DNA of 64,000 nucleotides from the NCBI GenBank assembly GCA_963667015.2, contig CAXXJJ010000004.1:832001-896000 (forward strand), read 5' to 3'. This DNA is from Desulfatiglandales bacterium. Its GTDB lineage: Bacteria; Desulfobacterota; DSM-4660; Desulfatiglandales; HGW-15. Positions 49,002-60,100 of the stretch are shown in pieces. A program made the translations under genes and the position numbers. The notes under the pieces are model-generated. The model saw nothing but the letters and a program-made list of their open reading frames with translations, was not told where the DNA came from and did not search any database. Each line of letters opens with the position of its first letter. Position 1 is the first letter of the stretch.

Positions 49002-51716
49002 ATGGCTGTCCAGGTATTAAAAAATAACTGCACGTCAGGGGAGCTCTCACCTAAGCTCCATCGGAGATCGGAACTCGTACAATACCAGAACGGTCTTGAT
49101 ACCTGTTATAACGCTGTTGTTTCTCCATATGGCGGCGTATATCGCAGATTCGGAACAAAATACATATCTAGTGCAAAACATTCTGACAAATTAAGTATCA
49201 GAAGAAAATTTGAATTCTCTATTGATCAGTCATATGTCCTGGAAATCGGAGAATATTATATCAGATTCCATATTGATGGGGCGTTGATCGTCGTTGAATA
49301 TTCGGCATGGGCAACGTTAACGGATTATTTGCCCGGAGACCTTGCAACTGAATCGGGCAGTTATTACAGATGCATTGTAGAGCATACTTCAGGAACTTTT
49401 TCAACTGATCTTTCAAATGGTTACTGGGTTGAAACTGAGGGGGAGAATGATATTGCTTATGAAGTTCCGAGCACATATGAAGAAGATGAACTCAGATCTT
49501 TAAGGTTTGAACAGAGTGCAGACGTCCTTTACATATTTCATAAAGATCATCATCCGGCAAAATTAACAAGATACAGTCATACAAGCTGGACATTAAGCGA
49601 CTGTGATTTCACAGGGGGGCCTTTTATTGATAATGACTTATCAGGAATAACTCTTACCCCGTCCGCGGTAACAGGGTCCATAACGGTTGCCGCATCTTCC
49701 CCTGTGTTTGATGAACTTCATATTGGAAGTCTGTGGAAATTAAGCAGCGGTCGGGCAGTTGCTGAGGTAACCGCCGCAATAACATCAAATACCAGTTCCG
49801 ACGCTGTTGAGACTGGAAACGAGACCGTAGAACTGCAGATATCCGGTACATGGAGCGCTAAGGTAGTTGTTGAAAGAAGTTTTAATAAAGGTACTGACTG
49901 GTATCCATACCAGACAATAGGCTCAAATTGCGTCAAAAAATATTCGGATACAAGGGATCTCTCTTACAGGGTCACTATAAGTAACTATGTATCGGGCACG
50001 GTAAATGTAAGGCTTTCCGCTCTTGATTCGGATGGAACAGGCCAGGGAACAATAAGAATAACCGGCTTTACCGATGGGTCAAATGTAAGCGCTGATGTTG
50101 TAGATGAATTAAGGTCTACAGATGCAACCAATATCTGGGCTGAAGCCGCATGGTCAAAATATAGAGGATACCCGAGGGCTGGAAAAATTTATGAAGGTCG
50201 CCTTGTATTGGCCTGTACCAATTACGACTCTAAAGGCGTATGGGGAAGTTCAAGCCTTGAATATGAGAATTTTAAACTTGGCACAAACGACGATGATGCA
50301 TTTTACTTCAGCCTTGATGCTAAGGGAGGTATTAACGAATTAAAATGGATGGAATCCTGGAAACACCTTGCCCTGGGAACTGTTGGCGGTGAAATAAGAT
50401 TAACTTCTAATAATGGAATTTCACCTTCAAACCCGCCAGATAAAAAACAGGATTCAAGTTATGGCAGCACTGATATACAGGGGTTTGTTGCTGTCCGCTC
50501 AATCATCTTTGTAGACCGGTGCCGAAGAATTTTAAGAGAATATGCATATGATTACAACACCGATGCCTTTGACTCTCCCTCAATTTCTGTTTTGTCAGAA
50601 CATATATTGAATGAGGGCGGAGGTATCATTGACGTCGCTTATCAGCAAAAACAGGACTCGATTATCTGGTGTGTATTATCTGACGGCACACTTGGCGCCA
50701 TTACATATTTACCGGGGCAGCAAGTATCCGGTTGGCATAAACACGCACTGGGAGGAGTTGCAGAAATAGAATCTATCTGCGTTATACCGGGGAATTACGG
50801 ACATGATGAAGTTTGGTTTGCTGTAAAAAGGATGATAAACGGAAGTGAAGTCAGGTACACCGAATTAATGTATGAGGATGAAAGTCTTTGGGAATATTAT
50901 CTAAGTACTGTTTGGAAGCCTTACACAGTTTATCCCGTAGGGGCTTTGGTTACTGATCCCGGCAATCCTAATCACTATTTTAGATGTTTTGCAAGACACA
51001 GATCAGGTGATGAGTTTCCCGGTGAAGGCGGGTACTGGGTATCAAGCGATCCTGATGATTATTATGAGTGGAGTTGCTGTGATAATGAAGAGTATGATTT
51101 TTCTTTTGATGATGATTCCACTTCGGACACTATTGTTGCGGGAAATTCAATAGAAATATATGTGACTGGCGGATGCGGCCCCTTCACGTATAGCACTAGC
51201 TCCAACGGATACGATATTGAAGGACAGAGTTCATATCAGACAAACGATAGAAATGTCACATTAAATTGTGTGTCAGGTGACTGCGGCGTTGATTTTGATG
51301 TAACGGCCATGATTACAATTACCGATGGCTGTGGAACAGAGATTAGCGCAACCATAAGAAACACAGGCGGATCTTGGGTGGCTTACGGAAGCGGTGTTGC
51401 TTATTATACAGAAGGATCTCCCTACTATTGTGATAACGCAGACTGTGTCACATCCTCATCGAATGAGATTATCGAGGGTGAATATAAGTGGGAAATATCG
51501 GAAGTTTTATCGAAACGAGTATGTAAACAACCGTATACAGTATGGACACAGTATAGCGGTACGTGGATAGACCCTCCGTGTGGATCGCCTATGGACTGCC
51601 TTAGCGTGCTTAATATTAGTACATCTGGTTGCCCTTCTCCTGATACTTGTTCGGAAGGTACCAGTTGTATTCCTCATTATGTTAACCCGTCAGTAATACA
51701 TAGGTGGGAGTGCTAA
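49002..51716 (+). CDS. Tail nozzle (tubular protein B) N-terminal part fused to a Cys-rich C-terminal domain
   Basis: SGELSP, GGVYRRFGT, QSADVL and GWHKH; after EVRYTE the sequence switches to an unrelated Cys-rich domain. Confidence 0.85.
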   Translation: MAVQVLKNNCTSGELSPKLHRRSELVQYQNGLDTCYNAVVSPYGGVYRRFGTKYISSAKHSDKLSIRRKFEFSIDQSYVLEIGEYYIRFHIDGALIVVEYSAWATLTDYLPGDLATESGSYYRCIVEHTSGTFSTDLSNGYWVETEGENDIAYEVPSTYEEDELRSLRFEQSADVLYIFHKDHHPAKLTRYSHTSWTLSDCDFTGGPFIDNDLSGITLTPSAVTGSITVAASSPVFDELHIGSLWKLSSGRAVAEVTAAITSNTSSDAVETGNETVELQISGTWSAKVVVERSFNKGTDWYPYQTIGSNCVKKYSDTRDLSYRVTISNYVSGTVNVRLSALDSDGTGQGTIRITGFTDGSNVSADVVDELRSTDATNIWAEAAWSKYRGYPRAGKIYEGRLVLACTNYDSKGVWGSSSLEYENFKLGTNDDDAFYFSLDAKGGINELKWMESWKHLALGTVGGEIRLTSNNGISPSNPPDKKQDSSYGSTDIQGFVAVRSIIFVDRCRRILREYAYDYNTDAFDSPSISVLSEHILNEGGGIIDVAYQQKQDSIIWCVLSDGTLGAITYLPGQQVSGWHKHALGGVAEIESICVIPGNYGHDEVWFAVKRMINGSEVRYTELMYEDESLWEYYLSTVWKPYTVYPVGALVTDPGNPNHYFRCFARHRSGDEFPGEGGYWVSSDPDDYYEWSCCDNEEYDFSFDDDSTSDTIVAGNSIEIYVTGGCGPFTYSTSSNGYDIEGQSSYQTNDRNVTLNCVSGDCGVDFDVTAMITITDGCGTEISATIRNTGGSWVAYGSGVAYYTEGSPYYCDNADCVTSSSNEIIEGEYKWEISEVLSKRVCKQPYTVWTQYSGTWIDPPCGSPMDCLSVLNISTSGCPSPDTCSEGTSCIPHYVNPSVIHRWEC

Positions 51717-52067
51717 ATGATAAATAAATTACAGGCCTTTGATGGACTTTTTACGTTGGGGCAATTGCAGACTATCGTCAATATGTCATTGCATGCAGAG
51801 TATATTAAGATAAATTTGCACGATTTGCTTAAATCAGATCCTCCAAAAGTAAAAGCGCCATTGCCTAAGGAATCCGGTAAGGTATTGGTAAAGCATTTTA
51901 AGGCGATATGCCCAAGGTGCGGGAAAGTAATGTCTTATTCTCCTGTAGGTAAAGATTCTGAAAAATACAAAGAAGGGTACAGGACTTACTTATTGTGCGG
52001 GGCGTCGTGTTGCAATGGTAAAGGGTGCGGCTACCAGGATTTCGTTAAATTCTACATTATTAAATAA
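51717..52067 (+). CDS. Zn-finger hypothetical protein
   Basis: CPRCG...C..CC..CGY. Confidence 0.65.
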   Translation: MINKLQAFDGLFTLGQLQTIVNMSLHAEYIKINLHDLLKSDPPKVKAPLPKESGKVLVKHFKAICPRCGKVMSYSPVGKDSEKYKEGYRTYLLCGASCCNGKGCGYQDFVKFYIIK

Positions 52068-52079
52068 AAGGATGGATGT

Positions 52080-52751
52080 ATGACGTTACCAAACACATAC
52101 TGGCTTTTTAATAATACAGCAAATGATGGAGCAAACACAGGCAATGCATCCGGAGGTGAGGGTGCGTCCTCTTCCAACTGGGTAGTAATCGACCTGGTTA
52201 ATGATGCACTGTTGTTTCTCGACAGCCAGCAGATAGACGGAGATCCTATATCAGGCACTAAATTCCCAGGACTTATTCCGCCATCCGGGAGCATTGAAGT
52301 CCCAAAAACATTTGTTAAAGATAATTCGGAATCTGTTTATGATCAGGTTCCTTTAGCAGGTACTACTGCCGGAGGGCAATCCGGAGGAGACACTCGATAT
52401 CCGTTTTCAATTTATTTTGACGGCGCTACCGCATCCATACCTTATTTGGAGGCATGGGATTCAGACGCTCATTCGACAATAATAAAAACATTTTTGGGAG
52501 GCAATGGAGTTGATACACCGTCACCAACTAATTCAACTATTTTAGGTGTTACAACTACAAACGGAGCTCCCGGATCTGCAACATGGGCCGGTTCTCCGAT
52601 TGCCGGAGCGAGCAACAGACTGTCTCTTGACACAGGCGCATTGGCCGGAGCGAAAAACCTGTATTTTAACATTAAGCAGGTGTTTCAGTATACGCTGGCA
52701 GCAGTGGCGGATTCGGCTATTGTATTGGCGTTGAGGTTTACATATTCATAA
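52080..52751 (+). CDS. Putative virion structural protein
   Basis: G/S/T-rich beta ORF; PYLEAWD. Confidence 0.65.
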   Translation: MTLPNTYWLFNNTANDGANTGNASGGEGASSSNWVVIDLVNDALLFLDSQQIDGDPISGTKFPGLIPPSGSIEVPKTFVKDNSESVYDQVPLAGTTAGGQSGGDTRYPFSIYFDGATASIPYLEAWDSDAHSTIIKTFLGGNGVDTPSPTNSTILGVTTTNGAPGSATWAGSPIAGASNRLSLDTGALAGAKNLYFNIKQVFQYTLAAVADSAIVLALRFTYS

Positions 52752-53194
52752 TGCACATTTTCCTCAAAAACGAAATGGCATGGAGAATTAAGGTGACATT
52801 TGCGGGCAGTCTGCCTCCGAAGGAATACATCACACCGGACATCCAACACACAGACCCAGGCTGGGGCAGTGAGTTATTTAACCGGATGATTGAAAAATTG
52901 GAGTTTTACCTGCCGACAGGACACAGACTTGTATTGGCAGGAATGGAGCAGTACAATTTTTTTATTGAGGCTGTTCAGTCATTTGGTAAAGGCTGCAAAG
53001 GCAGAGCGGTAATGAAAAGAATATGTTTTATGGGTAAACTTCCTGGGCAGAATATAGTAGATCGATACATTATTGGTGATCGAAAAATCTGGAGAGACAG
53101 AAAACCATTAGGCATGGAATGGCATGGAGACACGACAGTGGGTTGGAAAGCCGGTTCTCCGGGTGATTTAATATCGAAAATAACGGATAATTAA
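52751..53194 (+). CDS. Hypothetical protein
   Basis: TAATG-coupled ORF. Confidence 0.65.
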   Translation: MHIFLKNEMAWRIKVTFAGSLPPKEYITPDIQHTDPGWGSELFNRMIEKLEFYLPTGHRLVLAGMEQYNFFIEAVQSFGKGCKGRAVMKRICFMGKLPGQNIVDRYIIGDRKIWRDRKPLGMEWHGDTTVGWKAGSPGDLISKITDN

Positions 53195-53198
53195 AAAA

Positions 53199-54482
53199 AT
53201 GGCATGGGTTGACGACACATTTACAGATAACAATGGATCTGCTCCAAATTTGGATAAATGGACCGAGATTGACGCAGACAACAAACTGAGTATACAAAAC
53301 AACAAACTTGACTTTAACAGCGAGGAATCAGCGGGAGCGGAAGCAAGAGTAAATAGTAATTACACGATATCTGGAGATTTCAGCATACAAGTTGACATAG
53401 AGGAGCTTTATGGTGTCAACCCAGCCACATCAAACCATAATGCAAGATTACAGATAAACAGCGCCGATTTCGCATATTTGTGGATATCAATTATTCGTGA
53501 TGACACAAATGGTAAACAGTTCTATGTCAATGGCGAAACCACTTCGAGCACTTATATTACTAGATCACTTGATATCACAAAATTAAAACTGGAAAGATCG
53601 GGATCAGTGATAAAAGGCTACTATTGGTCAGGATCACAGTGGGAGTGGAATGGAAGCACAGATGGTTTTACATTTTCAGAAACGAGTTCTGCAGATATAT
53701 CTGTAATCCTGATATGTCAACAGCGACCGGCTTCACAGTGGCATGCTGCATTTGATAACTTTGTTGTAAATGCCGGCAGTATAACCCCTGAGCTACTTTT
53801 TGAGGACTTTACATTAGATTTAGCGGCATATCATCAAAAATATGACGCTATGCAAATGATTCTGCAGGCACATGACGGACTTGAATTCAGGGATTTTGCA
53901 TTAATTTTAGAAGCAATAAAAGAAGAGGAAGAAGAACCGGAAGAACCGGAGGAAGTAGAGGATCTAGACGACATGGCAAATATAGGAGTTTTTCAATTAG
54001 ATTGCGCATCTACATATTATGGTCCACCTGTTACGGAAATATCCGGACTCGATTATCTTGAGGGTGAAGCAGTTATGTATCTTGCTGACTGTGTGCGGGT
54101 AGGTACGGCTATCGTTACAGGCGGTCAAATATCTCTTGATGCTGAGGCAACATACGTAATAGTAGGCCTTCCATATGTTACCATTGTTAAAACCCTCACA
54201 CCTGATGCGGGAGCACTGGACGGACCGGCTCTCGGTCGGAAAAACAGGATAACAAATCCTATTATCAGTTTTTATAGATCTGGGAATGGAATTAAATTCG
54301 GACCTGATTTTGACCGTTTGAAAGACGTGCCCGAACTTAATGACAACTCTTTAACAACTGTAAACGTGCCCGTAACAATGCCCGGTGGATTCGATACAAA
54401 TGCTCAAATTATTATTATGACTGATAGGCCATTGCCTATGTATTTATTGTCAATATCTCATGACGTATCACCGGCCGATTAA
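53199..54482 (+). CDS. Lectin-like beta-sandwich fused to the C-terminal part of the tail nozzle
   Basis: C-terminus LDC...ISGLDYLEGE.V..LAD...VGLPY...PLPM.LLSI is the typical nozzle end; acidic EEEEEPEEPEE linker. Confidence 0.75.
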   Translation: MAWVDDTFTDNNGSAPNLDKWTEIDADNKLSIQNNKLDFNSEESAGAEARVNSNYTISGDFSIQVDIEELYGVNPATSNHNARLQINSADFAYLWISIIRDDTNGKQFYVNGETTSSTYITRSLDITKLKLERSGSVIKGYYWSGSQWEWNGSTDGFTFSETSSADISVILICQQRPASQWHAAFDNFVVNAGSITPELLFEDFTLDLAAYHQKYDAMQMILQAHDGLEFRDFALILEAIKEEEEEPEEPEEVEDLDDMANIGVFQLDCASTYYGPPVTEISGLDYLEGEAVMYLADCVRVGTAIVTGGQISLDAEATYVIVGLPYVTIVKTLTPDAGALDGPALGRKNRITNPIISFYRSGNGIKFGPDFDRLKDVPELNDNSLTTVNVPVTMPGGFDTNAQIIIMTDRPLPMYLLSISHDVSPAD

Positions 54483-54483
54483 T

Positions 54484-54918
54484 ATGCATAGTGAATCTTT
54501 TAAAGTCGAACATTTAAACCAGATAGATCCTGCAGGGGGCAAGGATATTATTTTGATGGTGAAAGGCTCCATTATCCAGGCAGATAAATCTGGAAACATG
54601 ATAGGTTTCTCCCTTGTTCATGAACAAAAAATAATTGCTATTGGCGGAATTTATGATCTGTGGCCGGGCGTTGGTGAGGCAATTTCCTTTATGTCAGAAG
54701 ATGCATTCAAATACCCAAAAAGCCTTTTTTCCGCCTTCTCACGCGGCCTGAGTGCAGGAATAAAGATTAAAAAATATTGGCGGGTGCAGGCAATGGTAAA
54801 AGCCGGGTTCGATGAAGGGACACGATTTATAGAACATCTTGGATTTGAACAGGAAGGGCTCATGAGAAAATGGGCTCCGGATGGAACGGATTTTTATATA
54901 TATGCGAGGGTAAAATAA
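54484..54918 (+). CDS. GNAT-like phage protein
   Basis: LWPGVGEA, RVQAMV, F.EHLGF.QEG.MRK. Confidence 0.8.
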   Translation: MHSESFKVEHLNQIDPAGGKDIILMVKGSIIQADKSGNMIGFSLVHEQKIIAIGGIYDLWPGVGEAISFMSEDAFKYPKSLFSAFSRGLSAGIKIKKYWRVQAMVKAGFDEGTRFIEHLGFEQEGLMRKWAPDGTDFYIYARVK

Positions 54919-55388
54919 TGGCTTTTCTACCAATGGCATTAATGGTCGGGGGTACGGCCCTGAGCGCTGCATCTGCTTACCAGCAGGGGCGTTATCAAAA
55001 CGCTATGTCAAAATACCAGGCCCGGGTATCAGAGCAGGATGCAAATGAACAGCTCATGGCAGGTGCAGAGGAAGAAGCCAGTTTCAGAAAAAAAGCCCGG
55101 GCCCAGTGGGGAACAAATATTAGGAACATCGGTATGAGCGGAGTTACCATGACAGGATCTCCATTGCTTGTAATGTCTGAGATAGCAGAGGAAACAGAAT
55201 TAGAGGCCAATAATATAAGGCGCACAGGCCAGGTTCAGGCAAACAGGTCTTTATCAAATGCATCCGCATACAGGATATCGGGTAAAAATGCGTATCAACA
55301 GGGGATAATGGGAGCCGGCGCGACTCTCATGCAGGGAGGCTCTAAGGTTTATGGAATGGGAGTTAAGAAGGGTTATTGGGGAAATTAA
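54918..55388 (+). CDS. Internal virion (ejection) protein
   Basis: Hydrophobic G/A-rich N-terminus; SGV...GSPL. Confidence 0.75.
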   Translation: MAFLPMALMVGGTALSAASAYQQGRYQNAMSKYQARVSEQDANEQLMAGAEEEASFRKKARAQWGTNIRNIGMSGVTMTGSPLLVMSEIAEETELEANNIRRTGQVQANRSLSNASAYRISGKNAYQQGIMGAGATLMQGGSKVYGMGVKKGYWGN

Positions 55389-57116
55389 ATGGCAAAGATC
55401 GAAAGATATATAGCGGGTCCCGGTAGAACTCCTTCAGGCGGGGGAGTGGTTATTCCTCAATCATCAATGGCGGGATATTCAGCATTTGGAAACGCTCTTC
55501 AATCTGTTGGTCAGACCATTGATGATGTTGATGAGCATTTCAGGAAAGCCCGTCAAGCGTCTCTTATGTCGAGTCTTAAAATCGGCCTCGCCAGGGAAAC
55601 ATCAGATATTGAAATTGAATATGACGATCGCCAGGATTACGATAAATTCAGCGATATTTCCGATCGCATTGGTAAGATGCGTCAGGAATATATGGATAAG
55701 ATCGGGCATGATAATGAGATTATGGAATTATTCATGCCTCAGTTCGAGGACTCAGCTATAAGGCTTGAAACCGGTGTCCGTAAGCTTGCGAGATCAAAAT
55801 TTGTTGATGCTGACAGGGCAGCGTTGGGTAATGAGATAGATAATGTCCTGGAGCTGGCAGGCCGTAGCGGAAAATATGAACAGATATCAGGTGAGATACG
55901 GGCCATGGGCAAGGCTGCTATTGCCGGCCGTGCCGCCTCCGGAGTAATTGGCAGAGAAGATGCGGAAAATGCAATTAACCGTTTTGAAGCCCAGTTATGG
56001 GATAATTATTTTACGGCACAAACCAGGTCAAAACCCATTGAAACAAGTGAAGCGTTGAAGGATGATAAACTATTCCCCGGTCTATCCCGGGATAAACGTT
56101 TATACTGGCAGGGTATAGCGTCGGAAGCCGCGACAAAGAAGACGATCGAGGACACTGCATATAATCTAATTGGATCACATAAAAATGATTTTAATTCTAT
56201 GTACTCTGATCTTAACGGTATGGATACTCTTTCCCGTTTTGAAAAATCTAAAGTCCAGGACATGATTGAAACTGCTGAAACCCAATATAATCAGCACCTG
56301 AATGAAATAAGAACTGAGGGTAAAAAGCAGGAACTGGAAAACATTTTTGGCATGGTGAATGATCGTAATTTACTGGGTGCTGTAAAAGCTGTTGAGAATG
56401 CAGAATATCTTACCGAGGAAGAAAAATTCAATAAAACGGAGTCCCTGAAAAACTGGGGACAAAGAGAGTTATGGTCAACAGATCCTGAGCTTGAGGCAAA
56501 AATAATAAAACAGATCGACGAGGGTACCACTACTGAAACAGACATCGAATTTAATAGAGGAATGGGACTTTCAAATGCAGATACTGACAAACTGATTAAA
56601 AGACTGACAGAAAAAGGAAAGGACCCGGTTAGAGACTCAATAATTAAAGATGCCCTATCTTACGCAAAATCAAGATGGATCACAGCCTTTCCCAAGGCGG
56701 ATGATGATACAACACATTTCTCGTACATAAAATTTCAGAACCAGATCCAGGATGAGCTTGAGGCAATGGCCAAGGATAAACCCCTGACCCGGGCCGAAGC
56801 AGCAAAGCATGTTAATGAGTATTTTGATCTTAAAAAGACAGAGGAACGGAACTGGTGGCCTGACCGGCATTATTACGAGGTCGAGGACCTGGCTGATAAA
56901 TATACCGAGGAATCGGGAATCCCCGAGGATGAGTATACAAAGATTGAAAAATATCTTGATGGCAAGGGGCTTTCTTCTTCCAGGGCGGATGTTGAAAAGG
57001 TTTATGAACAGAATAAGGGTAAGCCCGGGTACCAAAAATTAATAGGAAGTGCTGAAAAAGAAAATAAGACAGTGGTAAGGGGTAAAATCAAAAAGGATGA
57101 AAACCAAGATGAATGA
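55389..57116 (+). CDS. Internal virion (ejection) protein
   Basis: Helical 575-aa ORF in the ejection module. Confidence 0.7.
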   Translation: MAKIERYIAGPGRTPSGGGVVIPQSSMAGYSAFGNALQSVGQTIDDVDEHFRKARQASLMSSLKIGLARETSDIEIEYDDRQDYDKFSDISDRIGKMRQEYMDKIGHDNEIMELFMPQFEDSAIRLETGVRKLARSKFVDADRAALGNEIDNVLELAGRSGKYEQISGEIRAMGKAAIAGRAASGVIGREDAENAINRFEAQLWDNYFTAQTRSKPIETSEALKDDKLFPGLSRDKRLYWQGIASEAATKKTIEDTAYNLIGSHKNDFNSMYSDLNGMDTLSRFEKSKVQDMIETAETQYNQHLNEIRTEGKKQELENIFGMVNDRNLLGAVKAVENAEYLTEEEKFNKTESLKNWGQRELWSTDPELEAKIIKQIDEGTTTETDIEFNRGMGLSNADTDKLIKRLTEKGKDPVRDSIIKDALSYAKSRWITAFPKADDDTTHFSYIKFQNQIQDELEAMAKDKPLTRAEAAKHVNEYFDLKKTEERNWWPDRHYYEVEDLADKYTEESGIPEDEYTKIEKYLDGKGLSSSRADVEKVYEQNKGKPGYQKLIGSAEKENKTVVRGKIKKDENQDE

Positions 57117-60100
57117 TGATTTTGATCTGGACTTATCCGGCATCCAGCAATCCGGGGGCACAAAAACCGTTAATGAAGATGATATAGATGTCACGGGAAT
57201 AAAACCTGACGCTTCATTAAAACGCTGGTTCGGGTCCTTTGTACAGCGGAGCAAGGAAAGTGTCAGATCAATTGCAAGATCACAGCGCCTTGATATTTTA
57301 TTCGGTCATGACCCGTACATAAATCCTGAACTTATGCAAAACCCAATGGCCTACGCAGAGGCCCTGAGATTGCGGGAGGTATCAAAAAGAAACAGGGCGA
57401 TAAATGAACTATCAGAGGAAATACCTGACCTGCAGCCCACTGAAGCCGATATTCAGATGCGTATGATCGATGTGGATAAGAGAGATAGACAGGAAATTGC
57501 CAGTTGGTGGGAAGGCCTTGAGCGTTCAGAATTCCTGCAAACGGCTCCCGAATATGAAGGGATAAGCTCCGGAATGATCGAGGATATTACCGGTGCAATA
57601 GGTTCATCATGGCTTGGCAGTTTAAGCGTAGGCGTCAACCCCGTAATCGGCAGTGAAGTTATTTTCAGGCAGATGCACGGCGCCACTTCCGAAAGTCTGG
57701 AGAAAAAAGGTGTACCATTAGAAAAAGCACATTTTGCGGGTCAGGCAGCGGCCGCTATTTCTCTGCCCCTGGAACTCCTGGGGGAAGCTTTTAAATTTAA
57801 GGCCTTTTTCCCCAATACCGGGAAATGGGTTACCCGGCTGTTACTTGCAGGTGAGGCGTTTGGCGGTGAGGCGTTAACCGAATATTTACAGCAGTACCCG
57901 GAAACGGGTGCCGAAATATGGGCAATGAATCCGGACTTATTGGCAGAAGAATTAATATTACATATGGGTGACGCCTTTTGGTCATTGGATTTTCAGAAAG
58001 AGGCCGGGTACTCAGGGCTTATCGGTGGATTTGCGGCACTTGGTACAGCAGGAGCGGTACAGGCCTCTGTTGGATCTGTTAACTATCTTATATCAGAAAA
58101 GCAAAGGAGAATAAATAAAGCAAAGTCCCAGAAGTTTGCAGACCTCATATCAAAGGAAAATCCGTCTGCTCAGGATGTGCAGGAACTGATAAAACTCGCG
58201 GGTATCCAGAAAAATATTCTAACCGATATAAAGGGAGATAATTTATCGGACATTGTTGAAGAGGTTAAGGCCAGGGTAATGTTTCAGTCTGAGCCGATAA
58301 AGAGCATTGCACGGGATCAAATTAAATCTACTATTAAATTGCACAAAAATTTCACCAACGAACATGCAGAGGCCTATATGGCTATCTGGGACGGTATCGC
58401 CCACAGCCTCACTGAATCAGGTGATATATCAAGCCCCGATGAATTTTATAATATGTGGCGGTTTGAGAATGAGTCCGGAGAAAGCGTAACAGGGAGAAAC
58501 GTTCTTTATCAATCAGGTGAACGCGTTGTTCAGTTCATGGGCTATCAGGATCTTTTGATGACCGGGCAACCTCAGCCAGTATTTGAGATAATCGAGAGCC
58601 CGGATACTGCTGAAATAGGCAGTACCCTGACAGAACGCGGATTAAAGGAAAGACTGATAGAGGTTCCTGAATACTCCAGGGCTGAATATAAATCATCATT
58701 ATCCCCTGAACGACGGGCTGATCTCCTTTGGAAAGAAGTTGAAAAAGGACCTGAGGCGCTTCAAAGATCAAGGCAAAAATATATCAAGGAAACGGTGGGC
58801 ATCGATATTGGACCTCAATTTGAAAAAGATAAATCCTATCTTAGATCTACACCCAAACAGGAAGTACCGATTCAGGATGTTATCAACAATCCAAAAGCCA
58901 CGGAGACCGAAGTAATAGCCGAGAAATTAAAACTTAAGAGCCAGGTTGTTGCCGGCGTCCAGTCCGGCGCATTTGATGGGGCTGTCAGGTTCGGCACAGT
59001 TGATGAGATAAAATCTATCCTGAAGGAAGGAAGGATGCAGGCATCAGCGGAATACGGAGCTATTCATGCACAGCCGATAATGGGGAAAAACGATAATACA
59101 TTTGCCGCCTATGGATCATATAAGAAACATAATATGGCAATTGTATTTCCAAAGGAATCTGTGAGAAAAAAGCCTGAGGCGCATACTAAAGAAGTTCTTA
59201 TCGATGATAAGGTTAATGTCAGGGATCTTAAATTTCTGATCGATGGACATGAAAAGATTTATACATTTGATGAGCTGGAAGGGGCTTTAAAACAGAAACC
59301 TGCTGAAGCAAGAACCTTGTATCAACAGCAACTTCCACAAAAAGCACATATCCCGGTTACTCCTGAAGAAGAAAAAGCCCTGATTGATATGGCATTTGAG
59401 GGAAAGGTTCCGGCCACGGAAAAAGGGGAAAGACCTGATATTAAACTTACCGCAGGTCTTCCATGGGCAGGAAAATCCACTTCTTTGGATGCTGTTGCCG
59501 ATAAGGACCGGGTAATAGCGAACAGTGATGATGTAAAGAAACAGGCCGGTTATGCCAGTGAAGCAGATAAGTTCCATGAAGAATCGAGTAAGATAGCAAA
59601 AAAGATTGTGGATAAAGCTCTGGCTGAAGATTATCACCTTACCTATGATTCCCTTCTCAGCAACTTTGACCTTGCTGATAAAATAATCAATGATGCACTT
59701 GATCAAGGGAAAGATGTTAGTGTTCATTTTGCGTATGTTGATGCTATCACATCAAGAGTACGATCCTTGGTAAGGGTATTTGAGGGTAAATCTGAAAGGC
59801 AGATACCTGATGGAGCGATAATAAAGGGACATAACAGGGTACTGCCTACTTTTATGGAATTATATAAAAAATACGGAAAAAATCCTGATGTTCACTTTTA
59901 TTTAAAAGATAATAATGTGGACTTCAGGAACCCTGTCCCCATTATAGAGAACAGCGTTATTATAAATTCAAAAGCCTTTGACAATATAAGGGACATCGAA
60001 TATAATAAGATATCTACTGAAGATGGAGTAAGATATGAGCGAAAAGAAAAAGAAACAACCGAATCCCTCAGAAATGAAGAAGCTGAAATCAATCAGCGAA

